From Vicinamibacteria bacterium (GTDB lineage Bacteria; Acidobacteriota; Vicinamibacteria; Marinacidobacterales; Marinacidobacteraceae): DNA of 64,000 nt. Under the pieces are notes generated by a model. It saw only the letters and a list, made by a program, of their open reading frames with translations, did no database searches and was not told where the DNA came from. Below, one piece after another: positions 9,798-20,778 of the stretch. The DNA is taken from the NCBI GenBank assembly GCA_965199715.1, contig OZ241322.1, positions 1,824,001 to 1,888,000 on the forward strand. The letters are read 5' to 3'. Made by a program: the position numbers and the translations under genes. Each line of letters opens with the position of its first letter. Positions within the stretch are counted from its first letter, which is position 1.

Positions 9798-10867
9798 CCG
9801 CTGCGCGCCGGTTCCTGTTCGCCGCGTCCGGGACGGGAGGCCACGTCTTCCCCGGGCTCGCGGTGGCCCGGGCCGCGTCGGAGAACGCGCGGATTCGCTT
9901 CGTGGGCGCGTCGCGGGGGATGGAGTCACGGCTCGTGCCCCCCGAGGGGTTCGATCTCACGCTGGTCGAGGTCCCGCCGCTGCGGGGAGGTTCGCCCGCG
10001 ACCCTGCTCCGCACCATGCCGCGGCTCGTCGCCGGCCTCCTGAAGATGTTCCGGCTCATCCGCAATTTCCGCCCCCACGCGATCTTCGGAACCGGCGGCG
10101 CGGTCTCCGGGGTGGCCGTGCTCGCCGGGCGGCTTGCCGGCGTGCCCTCGCTGGTGCTGGAGCCGAACGCCGAGCCCGGGCTCGCGACCCGCTGGAGCGC
10201 CCGGTTCACGACCGAGATCGCGATCGCGTGGGAAGACTCGCGGAAGCACTTCCCGCGCTCGGCGACGTTCGTCTCGGGGATTCCGGTGCGCGCCGAGTTC
10301 CTCGACGTGCCGGACCCGCCAGGGAAGGACGACGAGGTGGGCGTGCTCGTCACCGGCGGCAGTCAAGGGGCGGCGCGCTTGAACCGCCTCGTCCTCGAGG
10401 CGCTGCCGCTCCTCGCCGAGGCGCCGGTCCGGCTCCGCATCACCCACCAGACCGGACCCGCCGACGAGGACCGGGTGCGGTCGGCCTACGCCGAGCGGGG
10501 CGTTCCGGTGCGGGTCGCGCCCTTCCTCGACGACATGGCGGCCGAGCTCGCCGCCGCGGATCTCGTCGTGGGCCGCGCGGGCGCGATCACCTGCGCCGAG
10601 CTCGCCGCCGCCGGCCGCCCGGCGATCCTCGTTCCCGCGCCGGTCGCCGGGGCGCACCAGCACGGCAACGCGGCGACGCTCGAATCCGCGGGCGCGGCGC
10701 TCTCCCTCGCCGAATCGGCGTCCGGCGCCAGTTTCGCCCGCGCGCTGCTGGGCCTCGCCTCCGACGGCGAACGCCGCCGCCGGATGGGCGCCGCCGCACG
10801 CGGGCTCGCGCGGCCTTCTCCGGCGCGGACCCTCGTCCGTCGCCTTGACGCGCTGGCGGCCGCATGA
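9794..10867 (+). CDS. murG: Lipid II GlcNAc transferase MurG
   Basis: GTGGHVFP, GGSQGA, GRAGAIT and HQxxNA motifs. Confidence 0.93.
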   Translation: MTAARRFLFAASGTGGHVFPGLAVARAASENARIRFVGASRGMESRLVPPEGFDLTLVEVPPLRGGSPATLLRTMPRLVAGLLKMFRLIRNFRPHAIFGTGGAVSGVAVLAGRLAGVPSLVLEPNAEPGLATRWSARFTTEIAIAWEDSRKHFPRSATFVSGIPVRAEFLDVPDPPGKDDEVGVLVTGGSQGAARLNRLVLEALPLLAEAPVRLRITHQTGPADEDRVRSAYAERGVPVRVAPFLDDMAAELAAADLVVGRAGAITCAELAAAGRPAILVPAPVAGAHQHGNAATLESAGAALSLAESASGASFARALLGLASDGERRRRMGAAARGLARPSPARTLVRRLDALAAA

Positions 10868-12291
10868 CGGAGGACTCCGTGATCGCCGGCGCCGGGCGCG
10901 AAGCGCGGGGGCTGCTGTTCTCGCAGCGGACCCGGGTGCACTTCGTCGGGATCGGCGGCGTGGGCATGAGCGGGATCGCCGAAGTCCTCCTGAGCCTCGG
11001 CTACCGGGTCACCGGGTCCGACCTTCGGTTCGGGCCGACCGCGCACCGGCTCGCCGACCTCGGCGCGATCGTGTTCGAGGGCCACGATCGCAAGCACGTG
11101 GAACAGGCCGACGTGGTCGTCACGTCCTCGGCCATCGGCGCGGGGAACCCCGAGGTCTCGGCGGCCGCCGAGCTCCTGCTCCCGATCATCCCCCGCGCCG
11201 AGATGCTTGCGGAGCTGATGCGGATGAAATTCGCCATCGCGGTGGCGGGCTCCCACGGCAAGACGACGACCACGTCGATGACCGCGGCGCTCCTCGAGCA
11301 CGCCGGACTGGATCCCACGGTCGTGATCGGCGGCCGGGTCGCCCGGCTCGGCGGCGGCGTGCGCCTCGGCGAGTCGGACATCCTCGTGGCCGAGGCGGAC
11401 GAGTCGGACCGCACCTTCCTGCGGCTGCTGCCCGTCGTCGCCGCGATCACCGGGATCGACCGCGAGCACCTCGACGCCTACGCGGACATGGACGACTTGC
11501 GGGAGTCGTTCCTCGCATTCGCCAACAAGGTCCCGTTCTACGGCTGCGTCGTGCTCTCCGCCGACGACGAGGACCTGAGGACCCTGATCCCGCGGGTGCA
11601 GCGGCGCTTCGTGACCTACGGGCTCTCGCCGGACGCGGACATCTCCGCCGGCGAGATCGTCTCGGACGCGGACGGCGCCCGCTTCCAGTTGCGGATCCGG
11701 GGCGGGGCCGCCGGGCCGGTCTCGCTGTGCCGCCCCGGCCTCGTCGCGGTGCGCAACGCGCTCGCCGCGGCGGCCATCGGACTCCAGCTCGGGATTCCGG
11801 CGCGGTCGGTGCGGCGCGGCCTCGAGGCGTTCACCGGAGTCGATCGGCGCTTCGAGCTGCGCGCCCACGTGAACGGGATCCGGATCGTGGACGACTACGC
11901 GCACCATCCCAACGAGATCCGGGCCACGCTCGAGGCCGCGCGGGAGGCCTACGGCGCGCGCATCCTCGCCGTGTTCGAGCCGCACCGGTACAGCCGGGTC
12001 CGGGATCTGGCCGACGACTTCGCCGGAGCCTTCGGCGACGCGGACGCGGTGGTCGTGACCGAGGTGCACGCCGCGGGCGAATCCCCGATCCCCGGCGTCA
12101 GCGGCGCGGCGCTCGCGGAATCCATCCGCAAGGCCGGCCACCCCGACGCGCGGCACTTCCGGACCCACGGGGAGATCGCGGAGCACCTCGCGTCGCGCGC
12201 GCGTTCCGGCGACGTGGTGCTCACGCTCGGGGCCGGGAACGTCACCCGGCTCCCCGACCTCCTCAAGGAGAAGCTCGGTGCCCCGGCGTAG
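10864..12291 (+). CDS. murC: UDP-MurNAc:L-Ala ligase MurC
   Basis: GIGGVGMSG, GSHGKTTT, EADESD and DDYAHHP motifs. Confidence 0.96.
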   Translation: MTEDSVIAGAGREARGLLFSQRTRVHFVGIGGVGMSGIAEVLLSLGYRVTGSDLRFGPTAHRLADLGAIVFEGHDRKHVEQADVVVTSSAIGAGNPEVSAAAELLLPIIPRAEMLAELMRMKFAIAVAGSHGKTTTTSMTAALLEHAGLDPTVVIGGRVARLGGGVRLGESDILVAEADESDRTFLRLLPVVAAITGIDREHLDAYADMDDLRESFLAFANKVPFYGCVVLSADDEDLRTLIPRVQRRFVTYGLSPDADISAGEIVSDADGARFQLRIRGGAAGPVSLCRPGLVAVRNALAAAAIGLQLGIPARSVRRGLEAFTGVDRRFELRAHVNGIRIVDDYAHHPNEIRATLEAAREAYGARILAVFEPHRYSRVRDLADDFAGAFGDADAVVVTEVHAAGESPIPGVSGAALAESIRKAGHPDARHFRTHGEIAEHLASRARSGDVVLTLGAGNVTRLPDLLKEKLGAPA

Positions 12292-13078
12292 GCGCGCGCA
12301 CCTGCTCCGCCCGCCGGCGCGCGGCCCGGTCGCCGGAACGGCGCTGGTCGTGGCCGCCAGCTTGCCGATCGTGTTCGCCGCCGCCCTCGTCTCGACCCGC
12401 GTCCTGGCCGGGACGGGATCGCCGCGGCTCGACGTCGCCGGGGCGGGCCACGTCGCCCGGTTCGCGGCGGAGACCGGCCTGTTCCGGGACCCGACCCCCG
12501 CAGTGGGGGAGATCGTGAAGCGGCTCGGGTCCACCGGGTTCACCGAGGAGCTGCGGGCGCGCCGGCCGCTGTTCGGGCCCGCCGAGATCGTCGCGGTCGA
12601 GAAGTCCGCGGTCGCGTTGCTCCCCGCCTCGCCGCCGCTCGCGATGGCCGCCGACGGCACGCTTCTCGGTCCGGCGTCCGTGGAGGATGCGGCCCGCTCC
12701 GGCGTTCTCGATTTCCCGGTCGTCCAATGCGGCGAGCCGCTCGCCCCCGGATTTCCCGCCTGCCTCGAGCTCGCGGGGAGCCTCGCCGCGACCCTGCTGG
12801 AGCGTCCCGATCTGGACCGGTTCGTCTCGGAACTGGACGGAACCGGGGGCGGCCTCCGGATCGTCGTCACGCTGCGGCCCTGGCCGGTGCGGGTCGTGCT
12901 CACTTCGGAGCGCTTCCACGACGGCCTCGCCGCCGCCGTCACCCATCTTCCCGATCTGCTGTCGCGCTGGCCCGACCTCGCCGAAGTGGACGCGCGCATC
13001 GACGATCGGCTGCTGTTGCGGTTGCTGCCGGAACCGCCCGAACCCGCGTTCCCGACCGGAGGAGAAATCGCCTCGTGA
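12278..13078 (+). CDS. ftsQ: Divergent FtsQ/DivIB-like protein
   Basis: One N-terminal TM segment and C-terminal EVDARIDDRL (FtsQ-type DLR motif); lies between murC and ftsA. Confidence 0.6.
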   Translation: MPRRRRAHLLRPPARGPVAGTALVVAASLPIVFAAALVSTRVLAGTGSPRLDVAGAGHVARFAAETGLFRDPTPAVGEIVKRLGSTGFTEELRARRPLFGPAEIVAVEKSAVALLPASPPLAMAADGTLLGPASVEDAARSGVLDFPVVQCGEPLAPGFPACLELAGSLAATLLERPDLDRFVSELDGTGGGLRIVVTLRPWPVRVVLTSERFHDGLAAAVTHLPDLLSRWPDLAEVDARIDDRLLLRLLPEPPEPAFPTGGEIAS

Positions 13079-14334
13079 CGCTCAACAACTGGCACTGTGG
13101 TCTCGACATCGGAAGCACGAGCGTGCGCGCCGTCCTCGCCCGATCCCCCGAGGGGGAGCCGAAGGACTCGGCCCGGCTCGAGGTGCTCGCCGTGGGACAG
13201 GCCGACGCCGAGGGCGTCCACAAGGGCGAGGTCGTCCAGCCGGAGGTCGCGACCGCCTCGGTGCGCCGCGCGATCGAGGAACTGGAGCAGGCCGCCGGAA
13301 CCGAGATCGGCGAGGCGTGGGTCAGCGTCAGCACCCGGAACCGCCGCAGCATCAACTCCTCCGGCGAGATCCAGGTGCCCTCGGGCCTCATCACCCGCCG
13401 CGACGTGAAGCGCGCCGTCCGGAGCGCCGTTCCCCAGCCCGGGCAGCGCGCCTGGCTGCGGCCGCCCTTCGAGATCCTCCACGCCCTGCCGCAGGAGTTC
13501 TGGGTGGACGATCTCGACCCCACCCAGGATCCGACCGATTGGAACGGCCACCGGGTCCAGTCCTTCGTACATCTCGTCTCCTGTCCTCGGGAGTCGCTGC
13601 GGCGGATCGAGAAGGCGGTGAATCTGGCGGGCGTGCAGGTGCGCGGCATGCTCATCTCCACCTTCGCCACCGCCGCGGGGGTATTCGGTCCCGACGACGA
13701 CGAGGACGAATTCCTCCTGATCGACATCGGGGCGGAGAACACCGGCCTCGCCTTGTACCGCAACGGCGCCGTGTGGTGGTCCGGAGTCATGCCCACCGGC
13801 GGCCGCCAGTACAGCCGCGACGTGGCGCTCGGCTTCCAGGCGCCGATCGCCTCCGCCGAGGACGCCAAGCGCCAGTTCGGACATGCGCTCTTCGGCGCGA
13901 TCCCCGAGGGGGACACGCTCGAGCTCTCGGTCGCCGGCGCCCGCCAGCCGGTCGTCGTCGGGCGGCGGCGGCTCGCCCAGGTCCTTCAGGCGCGGGCCGA
14001 GCAGGACATGACCATTCTTCGCGACAGGCTCCAGAAGTGGCTGGAGCACATGCCGCCGCGCATCGTGCTCTCCGGCGGCGGCGCCAATCTGGGCGCCCTG
14101 GACGAGGTCGTCCGGCTCGTCTTCGGCGCCGCCGTGGAGCGCCGCGGTCCGCGCAATCTGACCGGATTGGTGGATCGCGTGGCCCACCCCGAGTTCGCCG
14201 GCGCGTTCGGCCTGTGCCGCCACGCCGCGAAGCAGCCCCGTCCGGCGCGGGCGAGCGGAGGAGTGGTTCCCCGTCTCGCCCGCGCCGTGGGCCACGAATT
14301 CCGCCGACTCACCCGCTGGAGGAAGCGAGCGTGA
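13075..14334 (+). CDS. ftsA: Cell division protein FtsA
   Basis: GLDIGSTSV, LIDIGAENT and VLSGGGA actin-like ATPase motifs; precedes ftsZ. Confidence 0.92.
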   Translation: MTLNNWHCGLDIGSTSVRAVLARSPEGEPKDSARLEVLAVGQADAEGVHKGEVVQPEVATASVRRAIEELEQAAGTEIGEAWVSVSTRNRRSINSSGEIQVPSGLITRRDVKRAVRSAVPQPGQRAWLRPPFEILHALPQEFWVDDLDPTQDPTDWNGHRVQSFVHLVSCPRESLRRIEKAVNLAGVQVRGMLISTFATAAGVFGPDDDEDEFLLIDIGAENTGLALYRNGAVWWSGVMPTGGRQYSRDVALGFQAPIASAEDAKRQFGHALFGAIPEGDTLELSVAGARQPVVVGRRRLAQVLQARAEQDMTILRDRLQKWLEHMPPRIVLSGGGANLGALDEVVRLVFGAAVERRGPRNLTGLVDRVAHPEFAGAFGLCRHAAKQPRPARASGGVVPRLARAVGHEFRRLTRWRKRA

Positions 14335-14409
14335 GCCCTCGTTCCCCCACCTCTTTCGGTCGGTCGCAGACTCGTCCCCGGCCGCGCCCCACGCCCCCAG
14401 GAGACCGCC

Positions 14410-15657
14410 ATGATCCGTTTCGCCGATGAGCCCACGCCGGGCGCCCCCGAAACCGTCGAACCCCCGCCCGAGGCCGCTCCGAGGCGACCTGCGCCCAACC
14501 GGGGCCCCGTCAAGGCGGTCATCAAGGTGATCGGCGTGGGCGGCGGCGGCGGCAACTCGGTCAACCGGATGATCGAGGCCGGAGTCAGCGGCGTGGAGTT
14601 CCTCGTCGCGAACACCGACGCGCAGGCGCTGGAGCTCTCCCAGGCCCCGGTCAAGCTGCAGATCGGCGTCGAGACGACCGGCGGCCTCGGCTGCGGCGGC
14701 GATCCCGAGGTCGGGCGGCAGTCCGCCCGGGAGGACATGGACAAGCTGCTGGACGCGCTCGAGGGCGCGGACATGGTGTTCGTGACGCTCGGGGCCGGCG
14801 GCGGAACCGGCACCGGCGCGGGTCCGGTCGTGGCCTGCGCGGCGCGGGAACTCGGGGCGCTGTGCGTCGCCGTCGTGACTCGGCCGCTCACGCTCGAGGG
14901 CCGCCGCCGCATCGAGGCCGCCGACGAGGGGCTGCGCGAGCTCCGCGAGTACGTGGACACGCTCATCTGCGTCCCGAACGACCGGGTGAGCGAGGTGTAC
15001 GGAGATCTGCGCGTGCTCGAGGCCTTCCGCGCCGCGGACGACGTGCTGCGTCAGGCGGTGCAGGGAATCTCCGACCCCATCCAGACCGCCGGGCTCATCA
15101 ACATCGACTTCGCCGACGTGCGCTCGGCGCTCAAGGCGCGCGGCGACGCGGTCATGGGAATCGGCGTGGCGTCGGGCGAGGATCGGGTGAGGAAGGCGAC
15201 CGAGGCGGCCATTTCCTCGCCGCTTCTGGAGGACACCTCCATCCAGGGCGCGAGCAGCATCCTCATCAACGTGTCCGGCGGCGAGTCGATGTCGCTCACC
15301 GAGATGACCAAGGCCATGGAGATCGTGCGCGACGCGGTGGAGTCGGAGAACGCGTCCGACCAGGCGTCCGACAACATCCTGCTCGGGGTCTCCGTGGACT
15401 CGGAACTTGACGAGGGCGACGACGGCGGCCGGATCAAGGTCACGGTGGTGGCCACCGGTTTCCCCGACCGCAGCCGCGCCGCGGCCACGCCCCAGAAGAT
15501 CGGTGTCTGGGGGACGCCGCCGACCACCGCTCAGGACGAGTCGCCGCGACGGCGGGAAGCGCCTCCCGCGGAGGAGCCCGCCGCTCGGATCGAGGAAGCG
15601 GACGACGGTTGGGGCGACCTCGCCACGCCGCCGCTCCTGCGCAAGACCCGCTTCTGA
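14410..15657 (+). CDS. ftsZ: Cell division protein FtsZ
   Basis: GGGGGN, NTDAQAL, GGGTGTG, INIDFADV and C-terminal TPPLLRK; AGGAG SD upstream. Confidence 0.97.
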   Translation: MIRFADEPTPGAPETVEPPPEAAPRRPAPNRGPVKAVIKVIGVGGGGGNSVNRMIEAGVSGVEFLVANTDAQALELSQAPVKLQIGVETTGGLGCGGDPEVGRQSAREDMDKLLDALEGADMVFVTLGAGGGTGTGAGPVVACAARELGALCVAVVTRPLTLEGRRRIEAADEGLRELREYVDTLICVPNDRVSEVYGDLRVLEAFRAADDVLRQAVQGISDPIQTAGLINIDFADVRSALKARGDAVMGIGVASGEDRVRKATEAAISSPLLEDTSIQGASSILINVSGGESMSLTEMTKAMEIVRDAVESENASDQASDNILLGVSVDSELDEGDDGGRIKVTVVATGFPDRSRAAATPQKIGVWGTPPTTAQDESPRRREAPPAEEPAARIEEADDGWGDLATPPLLRKTRF

Positions 15658-15665
15658 GCCGGCCC

Positions 15666-16460
15666 TTGAGTCGGCGCCTGACTCGGCCCGACGCACCGCC
15701 GGGATTCTCGTTCCGGCGCCTCGCGGGCGGGCTCGAGGTCCTCGCCGCGTCCGCGCTGCGCGCGCCGCACGCCTTCACGCTCGCTGGCGGGTTCGGACGC
15801 CGGGACCGCGCCGAGAGCGACCTCCGGACGCTTCGGGAGGGACTCGGCGTTGCGGTGGTGCGCCATTTTCGTCAGGTGCATGGCGTCTCGGTGCGCGTCC
15901 TTCCCGGCGGGGGCGACGCGCCGGCGGACGGCGCGGTGCTCGCCGAGCCGGGAGAAGCGGTCGCGGTGAAGACGGCGGACTGCGTCCCGATCCTGATCCA
16001 CGCTCCGGCGTCCGGCTTCGTGGCGGTCGCCCACGCCGGGTGGCGGGGAACCGTCGCCGGGGTCGCCGGCGCCGCGGTCCGGACGCTCGCCGCCGCTTCG
16101 GGCGAGGCTCCCGCCGCAATGGTCGCCGCGACCGGCCCGGCGATCGGCCCGTGCTGCTTCGAGGTCGGGCCCGAGGTTCCGGACGCCTTCCGGAGGGCGG
16201 GCCGCCCCGTCCCCGAAGCCGGGCGCAACGAACGGAGCGGACGGCCCCATCTGGATCTTCCCGGGGCCAACCGGGCCCAGCTCGAGGAAACGGGGCTCGA
16301 CGGGGCGAACGTGCGGGTCGCGACGCTGTGCACCCGCTGCGGGCCCGGCTTCCATTCCTACCGGCGCGACGGCGCCGGCTGCGGGCGGAACTGGTCGGTG
16401 ATCGCGAACCCGGGGCCGGCTCAGGCCACGAGCCGCGCCGCGCGGTCCGCCTGGTCCTGA
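15666..16460 (+). CDS. pgeF: PgeF/YfiH-family (laccase-domain) purine nucleoside phosphorylase
   Basis: QVHG, ADCVPI, HAGWRG, GPAIGPCCFEVG and SYRR motifs; start codon uncertain (TTG 15666). Confidence 0.88.
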   Translation: MSRRLTRPDAPPGFSFRRLAGGLEVLAASALRAPHAFTLAGGFGRRDRAESDLRTLREGLGVAVVRHFRQVHGVSVRVLPGGGDAPADGAVLAEPGEAVAVKTADCVPILIHAPASGFVAVAHAGWRGTVAGVAGAAVRTLAAASGEAPAAMVAATGPAIGPCCFEVGPEVPDAFRRAGRPVPEAGRNERSGRPHLDLPGANRAQLEETGLDGANVRVATLCTRCGPGFHSYRRDGAGCGRNWSVIANPGPAQATSRAARSAWS

Positions 16461-18085
16461 AGCAGGCTGTCCTTCATCCCGTTGTCGAGGAAGCTCCACG
16501 GGAGCAGTTCGTCCCGGCCGCGCTCCCGCCCGATATAGAAGTCGAGGTCGAGCCCCGCGCCCGATGTCGCCGCCTTGAGCCGCCGGCCCTCGGCGAGCGC
16601 GAGCAGGACCGGCGCGAGCCGCCGGTCGCCCGCGGCGAGGAGCGCCTGCAGCCGCTCCATGCGGGGCGACTTGCAGTGCGCCTCGACCCCGGGGATCCGC
16701 CCAAGCTCGCGCTGGAGAAACCGCATGCGCCGCTGCAGGATCGGGAGCGGGGCCATCGGGCGCCACTGGAACGGGGTGCCCGGCTTCGGGACGAATGGGT
16801 TCACGCTGGCGATCGCCCGCCCGCCCCGCCCGCGCTCGGCGATCAGATCGCGGATGCTGCGGACCAGCGGGACGATCCCCGCCACGTCCTCCTCGGTCTC
16901 GCCGGGCAGCCCCACCATGAGGTAGAGCTTCAGGTGCACCGTGCCCGAATCGAGCAGGATCCCCACCTTCTCGAGAATCTCGTGGTTGCGGACGCGCTTG
17001 TGGATCGCGATCCGAAGCCGGTCGGTGCCCACTTCGGGAGCGATGGCGAGGGTCCGCTCGCCGCTCTCGGCGAGCGGACGCACGAACTCGTCCCGGATGT
17101 CCTCGAAGCGGACCGAGGAGACGCTGATTCGGAATCCGTAGTCGCGCAGCGCGGCCACGAGCGGGCCGATCTCCCGGTGGGCGCCCACCGCGGTCGAGAC
17201 CAGCCCGATCCGGTCGGTGTGGGGCCGCGCCGCCCGCGCCAGCGCGAGCAGCCGCTCCAGCTCGAACGACCGCTTGGGAAGGTAGTTGTATCCGGCCCAG
17301 CAGAACCGGCACAGCGTCGGGCAGCCTCGGGAGACCTCCACGAGGAACTTGTCCGACATCTCGGTGTCCTTCGTGAGAATGAAGGTTGCCGGAGGGGGGA
17401 AGCGGGCGTCCTTGCCCATCTTGGCCCGCACCACCGTCGGCGCGTCGCGGGCGGTCCGCCGGCGCACCCGCCCGGCGTCGTCATACTCGACCTCGTGCGT
17501 CGCCGGAACGTAGAAGCCGGGCTCCCGGGCGAGTCCGGCGAGCCGCTCCCGCCGGCCGCTCCGGCCCAAATGATCCGTCAGCGTCGGAAGGAGCGCCTCG
17601 GCCTCGCCGATCGCGAACACGTCCACGAACTCCGCCAGCGGCTCCGGGTTCAGGAACGTGATCGGACCCCCGGCGACGACCAGCGGATCCCGGTCGGACC
17701 GGTCGCGGGCGAGGGGCGGGATTCCGGCGAGCTGGAGCATGCGCACGAGGTTGACGGCGTCGGGCTCGAAGGTGATCGAGAACGCCACCGCGTCGGCGCT
17801 GCGGACCGGGGCGCCGGTCTCGAGCGTCCGCAGCGGCAGTCCGGTGCGCCGGTATTCGGCGAGCTCCACCCGGTCCGGGAGGAAGAACCGCTCGCTCACG
17901 ACGTCCGGCAGGCTCGACCAGAACCGATGCACCGCCTGGAAGCCCACGTTGGACATCCCGAGCGCGTACCGGTTTGGATAGCCGACCGCGATCCGGAGGC
18001 CGCCGGTCAGCGGCGGACCGCCGCCGTCGATCACGGTTTCGCCGGAAAGGCGCCGGTGGGCGCGCCGGGCGAGGAGCCGACTCAT
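16421..18085 (-). CDS. Radical SAM protein (B12-binding/TIGR03960-like)
   Basis: YPNRYALGMSN, CPTLCRFC (CxxxCxxC), APE and FVPKPGTPFQW motifs. Confidence 0.85.
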   Translation of the reverse strand: MSRLLARRAHRRLSGETVIDGGGPPLTGGLRIAVGYPNRYALGMSNVGFQAVHRFWSSLPDVVSERFFLPDRVELAEYRRTGLPLRTLETGAPVRSADAVAFSITFEPDAVNLVRMLQLAGIPPLARDRSDRDPLVVAGGPITFLNPEPLAEFVDVFAIGEAEALLPTLTDHLGRSGRRERLAGLAREPGFYVPATHEVEYDDAGRVRRRTARDAPTVVRAKMGKDARFPPPATFILTKDTEMSDKFLVEVSRGCPTLCRFCWAGYNYLPKRSFELERLLALARAARPHTDRIGLVSTAVGAHREIGPLVAALRDYGFRISVSSVRFEDIRDEFVRPLAESGERTLAIAPEVGTDRLRIAIHKRVRNHEILEKVGILLDSGTVHLKLYLMVGLPGETEEDVAGIVPLVRSIRDLIAERGRGGRAIASVNPFVPKPGTPFQWRPMAPLPILQRRMRFLQRELGRIPGVEAHCKSPRMERLQALLAAGDRRLAPVLLALAEGRRLKAATSGAGLDLDFYIGRERGRDELLPWSFLDNGMKDSLLQDQADRAARLVA

Positions 18086-18792
18086 TCGGGGGCTTCGAAG
18101 TAGAGGATGCGCCCGCACGACTCGCAGTTGAGGACCGTCTGGCCGACGCGCACCTCCTCGTACATCTGCGGGCGCAGCGCGACGTTGCAGGCGACGCAGC
18201 GGCTCTCGCGCACCCGGGCCACGGCGAGCCCGTGCCGCGCCCGGCGGATGCGCTCGTACTGGGCCATAAGCGCGTCGGGAACCCCGGCCCCGGCGCGTGT
18301 GCGCTCCTCGATCAGCCGCCGGCGCTCCTGCTTCCGCTCCTCGGCTTCCTTGCGCAGGCGGTCCTTCCGGGCCTCCAGGCGGGTCTCCGCCTCCCCGAAC
18401 TCCTTCTTCGCCTCGACGAGCGCCGCGTCGAGCTCGTCCCCCTCGTCCATGAGGTTGATGATGCGCTCCTCGACGTCGCCGATCTTGTCCTTGCCGGCGT
18501 CGATCTGCTTCAGAAGGCCGGTGTACTCGAGGTTCGAGCTGGCGGTGAGCAACTGCCCCTGGAATTTCTGCACATGACTCTCGGCGTCCTGCAGCTCGCC
18601 CTCCGCCCGGCGGCGCGCGCGCCCGTTCTCATCGACCGCGTCCGTCGCCGCCTTCCGCCGGGCGCGGGCCGCGTCGATCTCGGCGTCCACGGCGGCGAGC
18701 TCCGCCGGGGTGCTCGCGAGGCGCTCGTCCACCCCGCGAACCGCCATGTCCAGAAGCTGCACCTCCTTGAGAGCGCGCAGCTCGGACAGCAT
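18082..18792 (-). CDS. Coiled-coil protein with C4-type zinc ribbon
   Basis: Long coiled coil, then CVAC...CESCGRILY; usual neighbour of rpoD. Confidence 0.88.
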   Translation of the reverse strand: MLSELRALKEVQLLDMAVRGVDERLASTPAELAAVDAEIDAARARRKAATDAVDENGRARRRAEGELQDAESHVQKFQGQLLTASSNLEYTGLLKQIDAGKDKIGDVEERIINLMDEGDELDAALVEAKKEFGEAETRLEARKDRLRKEAEERKQERRRLIEERTRAGAGVPDALMAQYERIRRARHGLAVARVRESRCVACNVALRPQMYEEVRVGQTVLNCESCGRILYFEAPE

Positions 18793-18821
18793 CGTTCAGC
18801 TTCGGGCGAATTTGCCCGGTG

Positions 18822-18894
18822 TGGGCCCACCAGGATTTGAACCTGGGACCAACCGGTTATGAGCCGGCCGCTCTGACCGCTGAGCTATGGGCCC
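18822..18894 (-). tRNA. tRNA with CAT anticodon, most likely tRNA-Ile2 (lysidine); CCA not encoded
   Basis: GGGCCCATAGCTCAGCGGTCAGAGCGGCCGGCTCATAACCGGTTGGTCCCAGGTTCAAATCCTGGTGGGCCCA folds as a cloverleaf; Ile2-like acceptor stem; downstream of rpoD. Confidence 0.92.
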
Positions 18895-18917
18895 CCGGTT
18901 CCGGAAAGCGGGCACGG

Positions 18918-20660
<1,743 letters not shown>

Positions 20661-20756
20661 CCTCTACCCGTGATCCTCACTGGAGCTTCGACGGCTGACG
20701 CGCCCGGCGCGACGCGGCGATTCGGCGTGGCGGCTGCGCGAGAAAGGCAAACCGAA

Positions 20757-20766
20757 ATTATTAGCA
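20757..20766 (-). promoter_or_regulatory. Putative extended -10 promoter upstream of rpoD
   Basis: TGCTAATAAT on the minus strand, an AT-rich island in the dnaG-rpoD spacer. Confidence 0.45.
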
Positions 20767-20778
20767 CGGCGCGACGGT

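Noticed and set aside
10486-15696. 1736-aa minus-strand ORF, and similar long shadow ORFs such as 30147-33464 and 1255-3498
   Set aside because: They lie antisense to well-conserved genes and have no motifs; long stop-free frames are expected at this GC content.
18822-18894. tRNA as an integration site
   Set aside because: No integrase is adjacent, and no duplicated tRNA 3' end was noticed in the window.
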